Source: Octopus sinensis (taxonomy: Eukaryota). Taken from it: DNA of 64,000 nt. Below are positions 40,781-55,675 of this stretch, in pieces (the stretch's first letter is position 1; every line of letters begins with the position of its first letter). The position numbers and the translations under genes were made by a program. The DNA is taken from NCBI RefSeq assembly GCF_006345805.1, contig NC_043008.1:60140001-60204000 (forward strand), in the 5' to 3' direction. Below the pieces are notes generated by a model, which was not told the origin of the DNA, ran no database searches, and worked only from the letters and a program-made list of their open reading frames with translations.

Positions 40781-41235
40781 CACGCGCATACACAAACACA
40801 CGCACAGTATATGTAAACATGTACGGACATATGTGTGCATATGTGTATACGGGTGTGCGCCCGTGTGTTTAATTGTGTATATGTGGTATATCGAATTCGA
40901 GAAAGTTATGAAAGTCACACAAGAAAATATTCGGCGTAAGTGGTTTCTTTAGATATCCTGTGTTGAGAATAAAGAGAACTAAACAAACATTAGCTAAGTA
41001 CTGGAATTATGAAAAGCCTTTCAAAGATTCATGGAAATATTACTACAAGTGATTCACACTTAAAATTGTACGTGGAAGCAAAAAGCACGAGGCATTCTGT
41101 CTATTATGATTAGCAATCGTATGTTATGCCATTGTATGTGTGTGCGTATAAAGAGAGAAATAGGAGAGAGGAGACCGGGAGATAGATACATAGCGAGAGA
41201 GAGGGAAGTGAATGAATTAGAAAGTTATACACACA

Positions 41236-41273
<38 letters not shown>

Positions 41274-41370
41274 GTTCATATATATATATAAGGATAAGAT
41301 CGTTAATTTAAATATCGATCTTATCAGGTGGTCAGCATAGGAATAAAAACCTTCAACGGTAATAATTAGC

Positions 41371-41569
41371 ATTAAAATTATAATTTAGGGCATCTAAGAG
41401 TTACCACCACGCTGGAAATAGCAGCCAAAACTTGACTCTAAAACTACATTAAATGTTTATACAGCACCAGGAGAGAAGACAAGAGACGAAATATACTAGA
41501 AAAAAAATACTGTAATCTGCTATTTTTAGGTGGTGGTTTTTCTTAGATACCCTAAATTATAATTTTAAT
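41371..41569. mobile_element. Foldback/MITE-like element with ~54-bp imperfect inverted arms
   Basis: 41371-41424 vs reverse complement of 41517-41569: 47/54 identical, outermost 20 bp perfect. Confidence 0.6.
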
Positions 41570-41619
41570 AATAATCATATGTGTATGCATGTGTGTGTGT
41601 GTGTGTGTGTGTGTGTGAA

Positions 41620-41950
41620 GGCGCTTGGCTCAGTGGTTAGAGCGTCGAGCTTACGATCGAATCTTGTGAGTTCGATTCCCGGACCGGGCTGCGTGTTGTG
41701 CTCTTGAGCAAGACACTTTATTTCACGTTGTTCAAGTTACCTCAGCTATAGAAATGAGTTGTGACATCACTGCTGCCAAGCTGTATCGGCCTTTGCCTTT
41801 TTTTTTTTTGGATAATATCAGTGGTGTGGAGAGGGGAGGCCGGTATGCATGGGTGACTGCCAGCTTTCCACAAACAACCTTGCCCGGACTTGTGCCTCGA
41901 AGAGTAATTTACTAGGTGCAATTCCATGCTCATTCATGACCGAAGGGGGG
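41620..41950 (+). mobile_element. SINE family D (tRNA head plus CORE-like segment)
   Basis: A-box tggctcagtgg, B-box gagttcgattcc, then cttgagcaagacacttt; no tRNA 3' acceptor arm. Confidence 0.75.
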
Positions 41951-42129
41951 TATCCTCCTCATATATATATATATATATATATTATAGATAAGCATGTATA
42001 AAAAATATGAACACAAGCATTTATACATGTGTGGAGATATAATTAAAGGGGGCTACTAGGCCCTTGGTGATAGTATCGTGATACCTGATTGTAAATTGTG
42101 GGGGGGCTATAGATGCTGGGAAAGGGTTA

Positions 42130-42500
42130 TTTGTCATAGAATATGATGCGTTTAATATATTTCAGGTACCTGAGCATACTTTTTTCGCAAGGAAAATTAA
42201 AGTCCGGTATGTTTGCTATGTAGATTAAGTTTAGAGAAGATATTCTCATAGGTATAGCTTAGTTGATTGTATGACAATCCATTCAATATTATAGGTCATA
42301 TTAAAATTCTACAGAAGCTAAATATGTTACGATAAGGGAGTTGTGACATTTCTTCTTATTTGGTTTCCTGAATGAGCTAATGTGTTGAATAAATCTGTCT
42401 TTAAAGGAATTTGCTGTTAAATAATTTGAGGTTAATGAAAATTTGTGTGTGTTTACGAAGGTTTTATTTAGCTATGGATGATGTTCTGGTGATTTTAAAT
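42130..42500 (-). mobile_element. Decayed Penelope-like element, GIY-YIG endonuclease region
   Basis: Minus-strand translation LTANSFKDRFIQHISSFRKPNKK and, downstream, YNIEWIVIQSTKLY; both resemble the C-terminal half of PLE GIY-YIG domains; stops and frameshifts present. Confidence 0.6.
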
Positions 42501-43235
42501 ACACTGTACATGCATGCGTCAAACGTTAAAGGAATCTTAACAAATTTTAATATCACGTGACTAGACTATCGGCAATTTACGTACTATGAATAAATTTGAT
42601 TTTCCGTTAGTCTGCTTTTGATGATGACGCAGATAGTTGGGCGGTTTGTTGCGCCAAAAAAAAAAAAAACATAATCAGAAACATGGTCTCATGTCGAACT
42701 ATATTTATACTTACATATATATTATTCCATTTGATCAGTTGTTTTTTTTGACAGAATACGTGTATATATTTCTTTGTCCATGTGTACACACTATATAAAT
42801 ACATATACGGAATGATGGCCACATTCATACCCGCACATACAAACTCGCACATATACAAACACTCATATATATTAACCTGCGTGCCAAAGCAAATTTGTTT
42901 ATCTCTTAACCCATTATATTTTTGGCTATTTGTGGAGATTCCTTTATAAAATGATGATATCGATGCAAAAATGTAAATAAAATTCCTACAGAACAGACAT
43001 ATTGATAGTTAAAAAACACCGGAGAAAATGCACGTTCACTACTATGTGTACACATACACACACATGTGAACATACCCAGATAAATATATGTATATATATA
43101 TAGATGTATATACATGAATATATATATTATATATACATATATATACGTATGCATATATCTATATACATATATATACATATGCATATATCTATATACATAT
43201 ATATACATATATATACACACAAACGCACGTATATT

Positions 43236-43266
<31 letters not shown>

Positions 43267-43448
43267 CATTTCAACATATATGTATACATACATATATACA
43301 TACACACATTCACACATACATATACATACATATCTCTACCTAAGTATTTATCTCTCTATCTATCAATCTATCTAACTATATATATAAATATATCAATATA
43401 TATATATATATTTATATACATGTACATACATGCATACATACATACACG

Positions 43449-43482
<34 letters not shown>

Positions 43483-43546
43483 AATTTGAGACAGGTAAAG
43501 TGATAAAAGTTATCAAAGGATATAAAAACTGTTCGAAGAGCGAAAA

Positions 43547-43581
<35 letters not shown>

Positions 43582-43848
43582 GAAAGGAGAAAACAAAGGT
43601 AGAGATAGAAAGATAAAGAAAGAAAGAAAGGAAGAGGGCTATAAAGAAAGAGAAACAGAGCTTGAGATGAAGAAGGGGCATAATTGAAAAGCGAAATTTA
43701 TGAAAACGACAGCGAAGGTAATAGTGAAAATGAACAAAATTCAGTTCTGCGTTGCATGAAATAGCATAATACCCCACCCAATATATACCTACATAAATAC
43801 GTATATAGATATATGTATATATACATATATATCTATATATATATCTAT

Positions 43849-43944
<96 letters not shown>

Positions 43945-44070
43945 TATATATGTATATGTGTGTGTGTGTAAATGCATACATTTACATTTGTTGATGCTCT
44001 TCAGAGACTTTTTCGTAATTGTTTCATCTTTTTCTTTCTTTCTCCTTTACTTAATAATGACATTTTCCTC

Positions 44071-44073
<3 letters not shown>

Positions 44074-44108
<35 letters not shown>

Positions 44109-44210
44109 CGTCATTTTTATTACTATTGTAGTTGTGTTGTATTTTTTTATTCGTGTCATTTGACATTATTTATTATACTTTTCTTATTACTGTCGCTATC
44201 ATTATTGTTT

Positions 44211-44249
<39 letters not shown>

Positions 44250-44423
44250 CACTACTACTATTACTGCTGCTGCTACTACTACTACAATTACTGCTGCTGC
44301 TGCTACTACTACTACTGCTACTACTACTGCTACCGCTACTACTACTACTACTGCTACTACTACTACTACTACTATTATTATTATTACTATTATTATTATT
44401 ATTACTATTACTATTATTATTAC

Positions 44424-44475
<52 letters not shown>

Positions 44476-44480
44476 GTTAT
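44074..44480. repeat. (AAT)n followed by (CTA)/(CTG)/(TTA)n compound microsatellite
   Basis: Direct reading. Confidence 0.95.
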
Positions 44481-44837
44481 TTATCTTTTTTATTTTGGTA
44501 GTATTTATTAATAATCCTGTTTAGTGCGCGCTCGGTATTGAAGTGGGATGCTATCATTCATCAAATATAGGTCTAAATATTTTCTCCGAACAAGCAGACA
44601 GGAAACTAAGTCAATTGGATTCCGAATCAGAAAATGAGACAATAGAAGTCACAAGTTGCCTTTCACATACTCCTCCATCCTCTTTCCTCAAATATTAGTC
44701 TGAATTATATAGAAGTTATATTTATACTTTAAGAGACTGTATCTGACTTGTACACACATATTGCCCCTTCCTCCACATGTATACACACATACGCACGCAT
44801 ATGAAGATTCATACATTGACGAAGATATACGCAGACT

Positions 44838-44930
<93 letters not shown>

Positions 44931-45203
44931 TGGTGGTGTGTGTGTGGTGTGTGTGTGTGTTTGTGAGTGCATGTGTGCGAATATATATATATAATATGAC
45001 TATGTTTATCCTTTCATTTGTAAACCGCCATTCACTTGTGTGGTGTCTATGAGCACACGCGTATAGACTTACATTTCTAAACTTAAATATGTCCCCATTT
45101 ATCTATGTAGCCCTTTCATAGTGTACTGTGTGTGTTTGTTTAGATAGAAAGAACATATAAATACATTATGCATATATGTACACACACACACACACACACA
45201 CAC

Positions 45204-45266
<63 letters not shown>

Positions 45267-45354
45267 GCATGCGTACATACATGCTTTTATCTGTGCCTAC
45301 ATAATTATATGCACGGAGTTTTTAATGATAATGTCTTATATTGTATGTGTGGCA

Positions 45355-45530
45355 GCACCTGGCTACATGCTTTGTATTAGGATTGCTCGTTTCGCGATCG
45401 TAAGATTGTGGTTTCGGACCATGGACCGGGAGGTGTGTTGTGTTCTGGAAAAAATATTTCATTTCACTCAGCTGAAAGAATGCGTATTTCTAGAAATGCA
45501 CCGGTGCCCTCTGCAAGCTAGGGGAGTACA
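45355..45530 (+). mobile_element. Decayed SINE, family C/D-like head
   Basis: ttcgcgatcgtaagattgtggtttcggaccatggaccgggaggtgtgttgtgttc. Confidence 0.45.
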
Positions 45531-46109
45531 AGCGTCAGCAAATCCAGGGAACGGCTCTATGAGTCTACGAGGAAACGGGAGGAACATACGTTCTGTTTCT
45601 TGGTTATTAATTGTGTAAATATCTGAAACATCTATGGCTACGTTCCTACATAGCTACCTAGATACATACATACACACATCCACACATATGTATGTATATA
45701 TATATGTGTGTGTGAGTGTGTGTTTGTGTATTTTCTCTTTACGACCGGCATTCCAATATTTCGTCTAAGTGAGCTTTCTACTTTTTTGTATTAATCTATA
45801 TGTGGCTGAATATTCCTCACACATTTCTACCTTTAATATAATCCAACGTTACACAGAATTTCGAGTTTTTCCCAATTTTCAAGCACACCCAAATTACACG
45901 CCCCCTCCCCCCTCACGGACGGGTAGGCACACATTATTAATTTTATTATTATTAATGTACTTTTGTGAATATATATATATATATATACATACACAGTCTA
46001 CACAGGCATTATTTGTTTCTGTTGGTCCAATACTCAATTTCTTCCAGGTGCTTTTCTTGCTACTTAAATTGCTCATATGAAACATACGTATGTATAATTT
46101 AGTGTCTGT

Positions 46110-46347
<238 letters not shown>

Positions 46348-46799
46348 ACAATTTATCAAAGTTCGTATATATGTGTATGCATGTATTATACATTCATAAT
46401 CCATATACGCACTTATCTGCACGCATTCTACGTATACGTTATATATATATATACATTTATGTTTGTATGTAAATATATGAATTTATATGTTAATTTATAT
46501 GTGTGTTTATTTATACAAAAACACAAATGCACCGTTCATTTTCTATACATTTAATATATTCTGACAATTTCTTGCAATCATCTGAGACGCAAAATGGAAG
46601 AAAATATTGAGATTTATTGAAAATCCATTGACCCCGATTAAATATATGACAAAAATAAGATACAGCGAAAAAGAGGAAATGCAAGGCTGATGTTTTGGAG
46701 CCACTTAGTTACATCTTTTTTCTTCTTTTAACAGTTATTGTTATTGGTGTTTTCATTTCGACATTTCTTGGCTGCTGATAAGGACCCTATTGTTTTTTT

Positions 46800-46865
<66 letters not shown>

Positions 46866-46960
46866 CACCACCACCACCACCACCACACCGCCACCACCAC
46901 CACCACCACCACCACCACCACCACCACCACCACCACCACCACCACCACCACCACCACTGC
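46800..46960. repeat. (ACT)n to (ACC)n compound microsatellite
   Basis: Direct reading. Confidence 0.95.
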
Positions 46961-47654
46961 TACTGTAGAGTAGAGCAATGGGCAGCGAATGAATGAGAAC
47001 TAAATATTTGAATAGCGAAAATATTTGGTTTTATTGCGACATACGTACACCTATACATACATACATACATTTGTCCATATATACGTAGATACATACATAT
47101 ATACACAGATATATAGAGACATAGATACATATATATATATATATACATACATATATACATACACGACCAGAATACATACGCGCACACACTAACGTAAACA
47201 TAGGCAAACACACCCATACAGGCTGCGTCAAGTTTATTGAGGTCATTGGTATGAATTAAGAACCAGACGCATCGCTCATCATAGAAAAGCTATATTTGAA
47301 GACAAATTTATGCAAATAATCTTGAGAATCCTTTTATCACACCGATTCTATCAGCTTGCCTTTAGACTCAGTGGCTGCTTCATTTGGGGTTGGAAGTGTG
47401 GATATGCCCAAATCAGATAATCATCATTAATTTTGGTCATATAGTTGTTGTGGCGAATTGAAGAGATTATAGTGTGTGATGTAGGTATAGTTTGATCTCT
47501 CGCTAGGCTATGTGCTATAGGTGTTAGTCCAGGCGGTTGAAGTCTGGTGAGGTAGGAGGTCGTGTATCTAGGAGAACATAGCCATGGAAATTGGCAATTA
47601 TGCATGTTTCGGTTCTCCTAGCCTTTAGAGACCTCGCAGATACTTTTGGGTGAT

Positions 47655-47792
47655 GTACGGTCTTCCATTAAAGCAAATATGAAGCAGTAATTGAAGTAGA
47701 TGGTGAATATGCTCCGGAAAAATCATTTATAGATGTTATTGTTTTTTTTAAATAAAATTTGTTGAAAAAAGTCGCAATAATTATGCACCAAC

Positions 47793-47798
<6 letters not shown>
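47655..47798 (+). mobile_element. Mariner 3' fragment with right TIR
   Basis: Translation SKYEAVIEVDGEYAPE resembles the mariner C-terminal RW..V...GEY motif. 47771-47798 reverse-complements to tattgggttggtgcataattattgcgac, an Hsmar1/MADE1-like TIR, and is followed by (TA)n. Confidence 0.75.
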
Positions 47799-47851
<53 letters not shown>

Positions 47852-49608
47852 CATACATGCATGGATATGATGACTTTAATATGTGTTTGAATTAATGAAC
47901 TCCCCGATTTCATATACAGATCGGAAATGAGATATCTGGTGGCACCCGAAGAAATTCCATGAAAAACTACGGAACAAACCGCCAATATCTCAATACATTT
48001 TAGTCAGCAATGATTTATCACTTGATTGCCCTATGTGTCCCATGACATGATTGGATGAAAAGCTTCTGGTGGTTTTCTTAATTTAAATATGGCCTGAGCC
48101 AATAATAGCCGAATCTTATCTACGTTATATATAGAAAAGAAATGCATTTGTATACTGAATTACCTTATCTGAAATGATGAAGTACAGAAAAATGAAGCGA
48201 AAATAAAAACGATATAAAGCTTGGCGCCAACAAGATTCCAACGAGAGAACACAATATACAGTAAGTACATATTATAAGTTATTATGTCCAACGACGAAGA
48301 TTTCCGGTAATGTTGCTCATGAAAAGAAAATAACATAGATTTCTTTTAACAAGGCAAATTTACGCAGCGGGAGATGTAAAACTGGCTGCGTTGAATCAGT
48401 GCATATTTTAACAATCCCATTTAGGTTACAAGTGAGGTCTAACATGGCGTTTTTGAACTCCAAAAGCGTTTGAAACATTTGTAGTAGAAAATAATATGTG
48501 TTATATCTAATATTTGGTTTACCGAACCTCGAAAGAGAAACAGTAATAAAAATGTATTTAGAGAATTAAATAAAAGGTTTGATTTAAAACTTACATCTTT
48601 CCCATAATGTTGGACATTTTTCATTATATTTTCAAATATATTTCTCATAGTTTATCTAAAAATGATGTTATTATTTTGCCTGGAGTTTTCCTACGATTTT
48701 CTCCTATTAGAATTTTAGCTTCGACCTTTTTACTCAAATGTTTTTATATACTCATTCACCTAAAGATTTTATCGCCATCTTTTCTTTATTCTATAGCAAA
48801 CTATTCATGTGATTTGAATTACGAAACACTGAATATTTGAAAAGGTCATTTTAACCATGCATTTTGTATGCCTCGAAGCAATCGATGGGGTTAAAATTCT
48901 TAAGAAGAAAAGAAAAAAAATTAACAATATCGAAAATAGAAAATAAATAAAACTTCCACATGAAAAGAGATTATCTCGTCTTATCATAAAGGTAAATCTT
49001 TTTACTTAACTCTTAACATTTCTCTATATTTTGTTTGCGGAAGCATAAAACCAGACGAAGGATCGTTCTATCCATACATGCCGTGTGCAATAAAATAAAA
49101 TAAAATACGAAACAATCCGCATAGAATCCTATTAAATGCAGATAAATCTTTTTCAATGGCTGCATTTAGTGTTTGTTTTACTCTTGCTACAATAAAGAGT
49201 GTGGAAGCCATTTTGGGAACAATTTATATTATCTGATCATTGATGTTCAACTAACACACAACTGACATAAGTATGGGATGAAAATACGCTAGATTATATC
49301 ATACGTATATGTAAAAGAGCAATGAATGTTTATATACATGCGTTCACATACATATACACGAAAAAAATTCTCACGCTTATATGACTAAATGTAAGTATAA
49401 AATAAATACATAAATGAATAAATAATGCGTATGTTTGTGTCTGAGTGTGTGTATGTATGTGTTTGCTTGACATGTCAACTACTGCAGATTTACATATAAA
49501 ATATATTTTCAGTTCCTAAATTCTGCCGCTACTCGAACACACTGATATATTTGTGGCAATATATAAGGAATTATTTAGTATATATGTGTATATACGCGTA
49601 TATATATA

Positions 49609-49680
<72 letters not shown>

Positions 49681-52216
49681 TTATATTTATTTACGTATTT
49701 ATATATCTGTGTGAGTGTCTGTTTTGTTCTACAAAGAAGAGAAAAAGATCTCAATTCCTAGTTTTATTCTACTCAATATTATAGAATTTTATGCTGTTGC
49801 AATCTTCAGGCGAGTTTACGCCTGAAGATATACGCGCCAAATAGCTTGCAACATATACAGATGAAAGATTCCCGACCCACTCGCTCGGCATACTTCAACG
49901 TCTATATAGAAATATGTATTATACACTATTATATTTACTATATATATATATACGTGTTTGTGCATTTATATATGTGTATATATATGTATATATATATATA
50001 TATATATGTGTGTGTGCACGTATATGATATATATATACATATATACATTAATAAGCAAGAATAAACACATACACACATACAACCACACACAAAAATACAC
50101 ACACACATATAATGCAAGGAAATACAATCATATTTTGTATTTGCTCCAAAAAGAGCTAACACAAACGATAGACTCTTGTACACATAAGAATGAAGGTCTC
50201 CTCTTTAGAGATAGTAAATATTTCCGCACTGGAAACTTTCTGGATTCTTTATCATTCAACCTTTACTCATACTAAAGCGTTCTCTATTTCTTAATCTGAT
50301 TTAGAAAAATACTGAATCACAAATAGTTTTCTTTAGGAATGCTTTTTAAGTACTAACTCAAATTTTGATTTTTGTTCCACATGACACTTCAATTCTTTTG
50401 TAATGACTTTCTGTTGTGTGGACACCCCCAGACGATGAAGTAGGCTAGCCCAATAGGTAGATATAGTAGGAGAAGCCTAGACATCAGAGTTCAGACTAGA
50501 ATAGAGTAGCAGAGAGAAGAGTCGAGTTGAGAATAAGGCATCCGAACGTGCAACACAACAGTGGAGACGAGGATTTCATAGCTATTTCGTAGCTCACACA
50601 GCCACTGTGTAGTATTGCGATATAACACTTTCTTGAATTACGCAGCGTATATCTTTGGTATGAGTCTCAATATTATCACCTATGTTTCAACTTGAAACCT
50701 TACATTCACACTTTAAATTGTTGTGTATACGCCTGAAACGCCTTTTATCATGTTTGCAAAATCTGTTGTCCTTAACAAGAACAAGAACAACAAGAACAAC
50801 AACAACAACAACAACAACAACCACAACCGCCACAACCATCACCACTACCACTACCACCAGCACCACCACCACCAGAAGAACGATTAGCATATTGAATGAG
50901 TTGAAAATGTTTCAATCACACACAAAAAGGCCTCACAAACTTAAGTTGGCAAAATGTTTCTCCTCTGCTATATTGTTTGCAGCGACATCTGTAAAAGTTT
51001 ACTACTGTAACTGAATACTAGTATCAAGTGGACTTCGCAATTAAAGAGAATCTAAAGCAAATCTAATGCATGGTTTTCTTTCATACGAGTTCTTTATACA
51101 AATTTCCCCAAATAAAGTTCATATGGACCACAGATGTATAATGGCTTAAAATTACTCGCCGTTCAAAATTTTTGATTAATAGGCAATAGAATTTATGCAT
51201 GTGTAACTGAAGTACAGGCTTGTATAATTACTGTCACGTATGTTGTATAGAACTTAATCTGTATGATTAATATCAGCAGTTTGTTTCATATGTATCTATA
51301 GTTTGTTTTCAACCCAATGTTAAACAAACTTGAATATACACACGCCACACACATACACACTCATATATATATATATATGTGTATATATATATCAACACTG
51401 AAGTATCTAAGACTGAATCACAACTTCTCGATTGCCAAGTGTATATAATTTCTCAGTTTCTTCGCTCTTTCTTCTTAACCTGGAGTTTTAACATCAACAA
51501 AACTGTGCTGCTGGACTAAACTTTCTTTCATATATATAATTGATTTTGACGTATGGTGCATTAATAAATTATTGCACCATATTTCTTGTCAAACTTACAC
51601 CAACTGTAAATAAGTACAGAATATCAATAGATCATTTATAACCTCATGAGAGGAGGCTTGGTTTTGGCTATATTTAATCTGATGTCAGCCAAGTCCATAT
51701 CGCAAAGTATTGATTGCCAGGAATACGTTTGCCTTCCCTCTAAGAATTTTTAATCAGAAAATTACTTTTTAGAAGTAGGACACCATAAATCTTTTCGTAC
51801 ACGGAATTGATTAAGACGTACAGATATACAATTATTAATAAATTATTAATTTTTAAAGGAAGCTAACATCATATCGCAGATTTTTTAACCTGGACTTCAT
51901 TTTTTATTACTTTTTCTTAGACACGATTTCTATAAGAGAAACTCACATATATAAAGAAAATATGTGTTGTTTTTGGTAGTAAACAGGAAGAAATTCGGGC
52001 AAATTTTTACTAGATCTGTATGGAATACTGTAAACAGATGACAAGTAATTGGAAGGAGTCAGGCAGGAAAGAAGGTGAAAGAACGTCTGAAGTTCTGAAT
52101 TTGGAAAGAATTGTTTGTGGCTCCAAGGAACTCGCAAAACAAAATCGTTTAAATTTACACAATTACTCTCCTTGTTCGTTTCTACAATGAATGCACGCGC
52201 ACACACACATGTTATG

Positions 52217-52290
<74 letters not shown>

Positions 52291-52755
52291 GTATATATAT
52301 ATGTATGTATATATGTGTGTATGTGTGTGTATCTATGCTCACATATATATGCTAAAAATTCTATAGGGTCTCACAACATTATTGAACGTGAAATTAGTTT
52401 CCTTTCTTTCCAAATTGTGATTATATTATTGATAATTGTTTACGTGGCTCGCTTTGACTCAAGAATCATATCACATTAAATACATTTTATCAAATGAGAA
52501 CAGCAATACATAATGTGATAAAAGAAAAGTAGAAATTGCTTAATACATAGCTAGGAATTGGTAACAATAGAAACTAAATCTAATATATTCCTGTATGTGT
52601 ATGTATGTTTGTGTACCTATATTGTCTCCCTGTGTGCGTCTGTACGCCTGTTTCTGAGTGCAGGCTTATAAAGGTACGTATATATCTGTACATATAATAT
52701 ATGTATACTTATATATATATATATGTATACTTATATATATATATATATGTATACT

Positions 52756-52788
<33 letters not shown>

Positions 52789-52894
52789 GTATGTATGTAT
52801 ATATGTATATGTGTATATATATACATTTGTGTGAGTGTATCTATCTGCACAAGTATGTACACACTCTCATATTTTTCTGTGTATATATATATAG

Positions 52895-52995
<101 letters not shown>

Positions 52996-53718
52996 TGTCT
53001 GTGTATTGACAATGAATTGAATTGGCAATTTTTATCTGTAATGCTAAAATAATCGAATGATAAGGTTCGGCTGGAATGTTTCGGTAATTCCATTTTACAT
53101 CGCAAATTTCCTATAAAACTTGACAAACTATTTTTGAAGTGAACGTATTTCATCGCTTGGACATCCGATAGAAAGCAATTTCTTGAAATAACCCAGCATA
53201 AAATAAATAACCATGATTCTGCAAGGCGACTTGAAACTGAAGTGAATTACTGCTTACAAGTGTCGGCAGTTGTGGAAGTGTGTTGGGGAAAAATAACGCC
53301 CTTGATTGGTGTGATTTTTCTTTCATTGACTCATTTGTTTCATTCTGTATTGGTTTCTTCCCATTTTCAGTTTTTAAAGTCTGTCTATTTTTTTTCCTCC
53401 AAGAAACTGTCAATCCATATTAAGGAAATGTCTATTCAACACACTGTTACTTGTTGTCTTTAGCTAATTGTATTTCAAATTGGAAAATGTCCAGATCTAT
53501 CGATATACTTCATCGAATTATTTCTTCATTTAGCATAAATTGAAAAAAATAAAGATAAATAAAGGGTAAGGAAATTTCGGTATTTCCACACGAAACGTAC
53601 ATATAGAGACACATGTATATACCATACATTATATATACTCTCTTTCACACACATACACATATATGTACATATGTATATATATATATATATATTATATATA
53701 TATATATACACACATATA

Positions 53719-53759
<41 letters not shown>

Positions 53760-54041
53760 ACCTATCTCTCTATAAACATACACATACACACTTACGCACA
53801 TACACACACATATATATATACATAGTGGTGTGAATCCGAATGTATGTATATACGTATGTACATGATTAAATAGAATATAGGAACATGAGCTTACGTTAGT
53901 TTCCTTTAATGCTTTCTAATGTCATAAAATAAGTAACTTGGTTTATACATACTTATATACATAAACACATACATACATATACGCGTGTGTATGTGAGCGC
54001 ATTTGTACTTATTTGTGTGTACATATTATTCCTGTAACTAA

Positions 54042-54600
54042 GGCGGTGAGCAGGCAGAAACTTTAGGACGCCGGTCGAAATTCTTAGCGGCATTTCGTCT
54101 GTCGCTACGTTCTGAGTTCAAATTCCACCGAGGTCGACTTTGCCTTTCGTCCTTCCTAATCCGATAAATTAAGTACCAGTTACGCACTGGGAACGATGTA
54201 ATCAACTTAATCCCTTTGTCTGTCCTTGTTTGTCCCCTCTATGTTTAGCCCCTTGTTGGCAATAAAGAAATAAGAAACGTTAGCACGCCAGGCGAAATGC
54301 TTAACGGTATTTCGTCTGTCGATGAATTAAGTACCAGTTACGCACTGGGATCGATGTAATCGACTTAATCCGTCTGTCTGTCCTTGTTTGTCTCCTCTGT
54401 GTTTAGCCCCTTGTGTGTAGTAAAGAAATAGGTATTTCGTCTGTCTTTATGCTCTGAGTTCAAATTCCGCCGAGGTCGATTCTGCCTTTCATCCTTTCGG
54501 GATCGATAAACTAAGTTTCAGTTGCGTACTAGGATCGATATAATCGAATGGCCCCACCTCCCTAAAAATTTCAGGCCTTGTGCTTAGATTAGAAAAAATA
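54042..54600 (+). mobile_element. SINE family B trimer
   Basis: Junctions at 54272/54273 (|agaaacg) and 54430/54431 (|ggtatttcg); the middle unit is internally deleted and the last has the short tail. Confidence 0.9.
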
Positions 54601-55044
54601 TTATTTCTGTAATTCGTACATTTGGAATAATGATGTGCAAATTCATTGCATATTTTCCCTGCTGCAACCAATAAAATTTACCCATCCTGCACATATTCAA
54701 CGTTGTGTCTGCAAATCTTAACCACAATACATTTTTTCTTAGACAATGGGATGATTACTTCAAGATATAAACAAAAATGTTCTACGAGTATGTTTCAATA
54801 ATGTTATTCAGGAATAAACATATAGGAAAGAATTGTAACCAAGGAGTCCCTTCCTTGTGATCCGTCCCACTAAAACGACAGACGGATGTTTTATGATTTT
54901 TTCTATTTGTGTTCTGTATTTGTAGGGCACTCATTGTCACCATAGATAAGGCAATTCGAGATCTCTTACAACATGAACAACTTTGATCAGTGGTTTACTA
55001 AGTAATAGCTCCCCTAACGCAGCGGCAATAACAGCAGCAGCAGT

Positions 55045-55422
55045 GGATGCGCAATGGCCCAGTGGTTAGGGCAGCGTATTCGCGATCGAAGGATGGCGGT
55101 TTCGATTTCCAGACCGGGCGTTGTTTGTGTTTATTGAGCGAAAACACCTAAAGCTCCACGAAGCTCCGGCAGGGGGTGGTGGCGACCCCTGTTGTACTCT
55201 TTCGCTCCAAATTTCTCTCACTCTTTTTACTGTTTCTTGTCCCCGACTTCCTACGCAACCGCTGAGCCTGGATGCGCATTCATCCATCCGCCGATGCTCT
55301 CGGTGTCGGGGGTTGACCTGCTTTCTCTTCTGCGGGTCTTACGAATAGCAAAGGACCACGTTTCGGACATTACCCACGAAGACCGCTTCGCTCAACAAAC
55401 AAACAAACAAACAAACAAACAA
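55045..55422 (+). mobile_element. SINE family C, full length, (AAAC)n tail, probable 11-bp TSD
   Basis: A-box tggcccagtgg, B-box ggtttcgatttcc; agcagcagcag at 55033-55043 and 55422-55432. Confidence 0.85.
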
Positions 55423-55494
55423 GCAGCAGCAGCAATAGCAACGGCAACATTCACAACGGAAACACCATCTTACTGAACTAATGTCCTTTTTGAA

Positions 55495-55675
55495 AAAGCA
55501 CAGGGTCTCAAATATGGCGCAAGGTAACTCCGCTAATAGTCACTTTATTGAACCCAGTCTTCAACTGCTTCTATAGTATACTGCCCTCAGAAGGAAAAAA
55601 ACTACACTTGACCTCAACAAGATTTGAACTCAGAATTTTAAGAGTCACAACAAATGCTGTAAGTCATTGTGCTTG
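55495..55675 (-). mobile_element. SINE family B, highly decayed
   Basis: cttgacctcaacaagatttgaactcagaa. Confidence 0.5.

Noticed and set aside
42556-42580. miR-279-family seed TGACTAGA
   Set aside because: Only the seed matches and there is no precursor hairpin
42721-42750. PFDQ as the Cys-loop FPFD motif
   Set aside because: No flanking cysteines, an immediate stop, and AT-rich low-complexity context
51990-52190. Purine-rich ~58-codon open frame (ICMEYCKQMTSNWKESG...)
   Set aside because: Weak acceptor, no convincing donor and no recognisable homology
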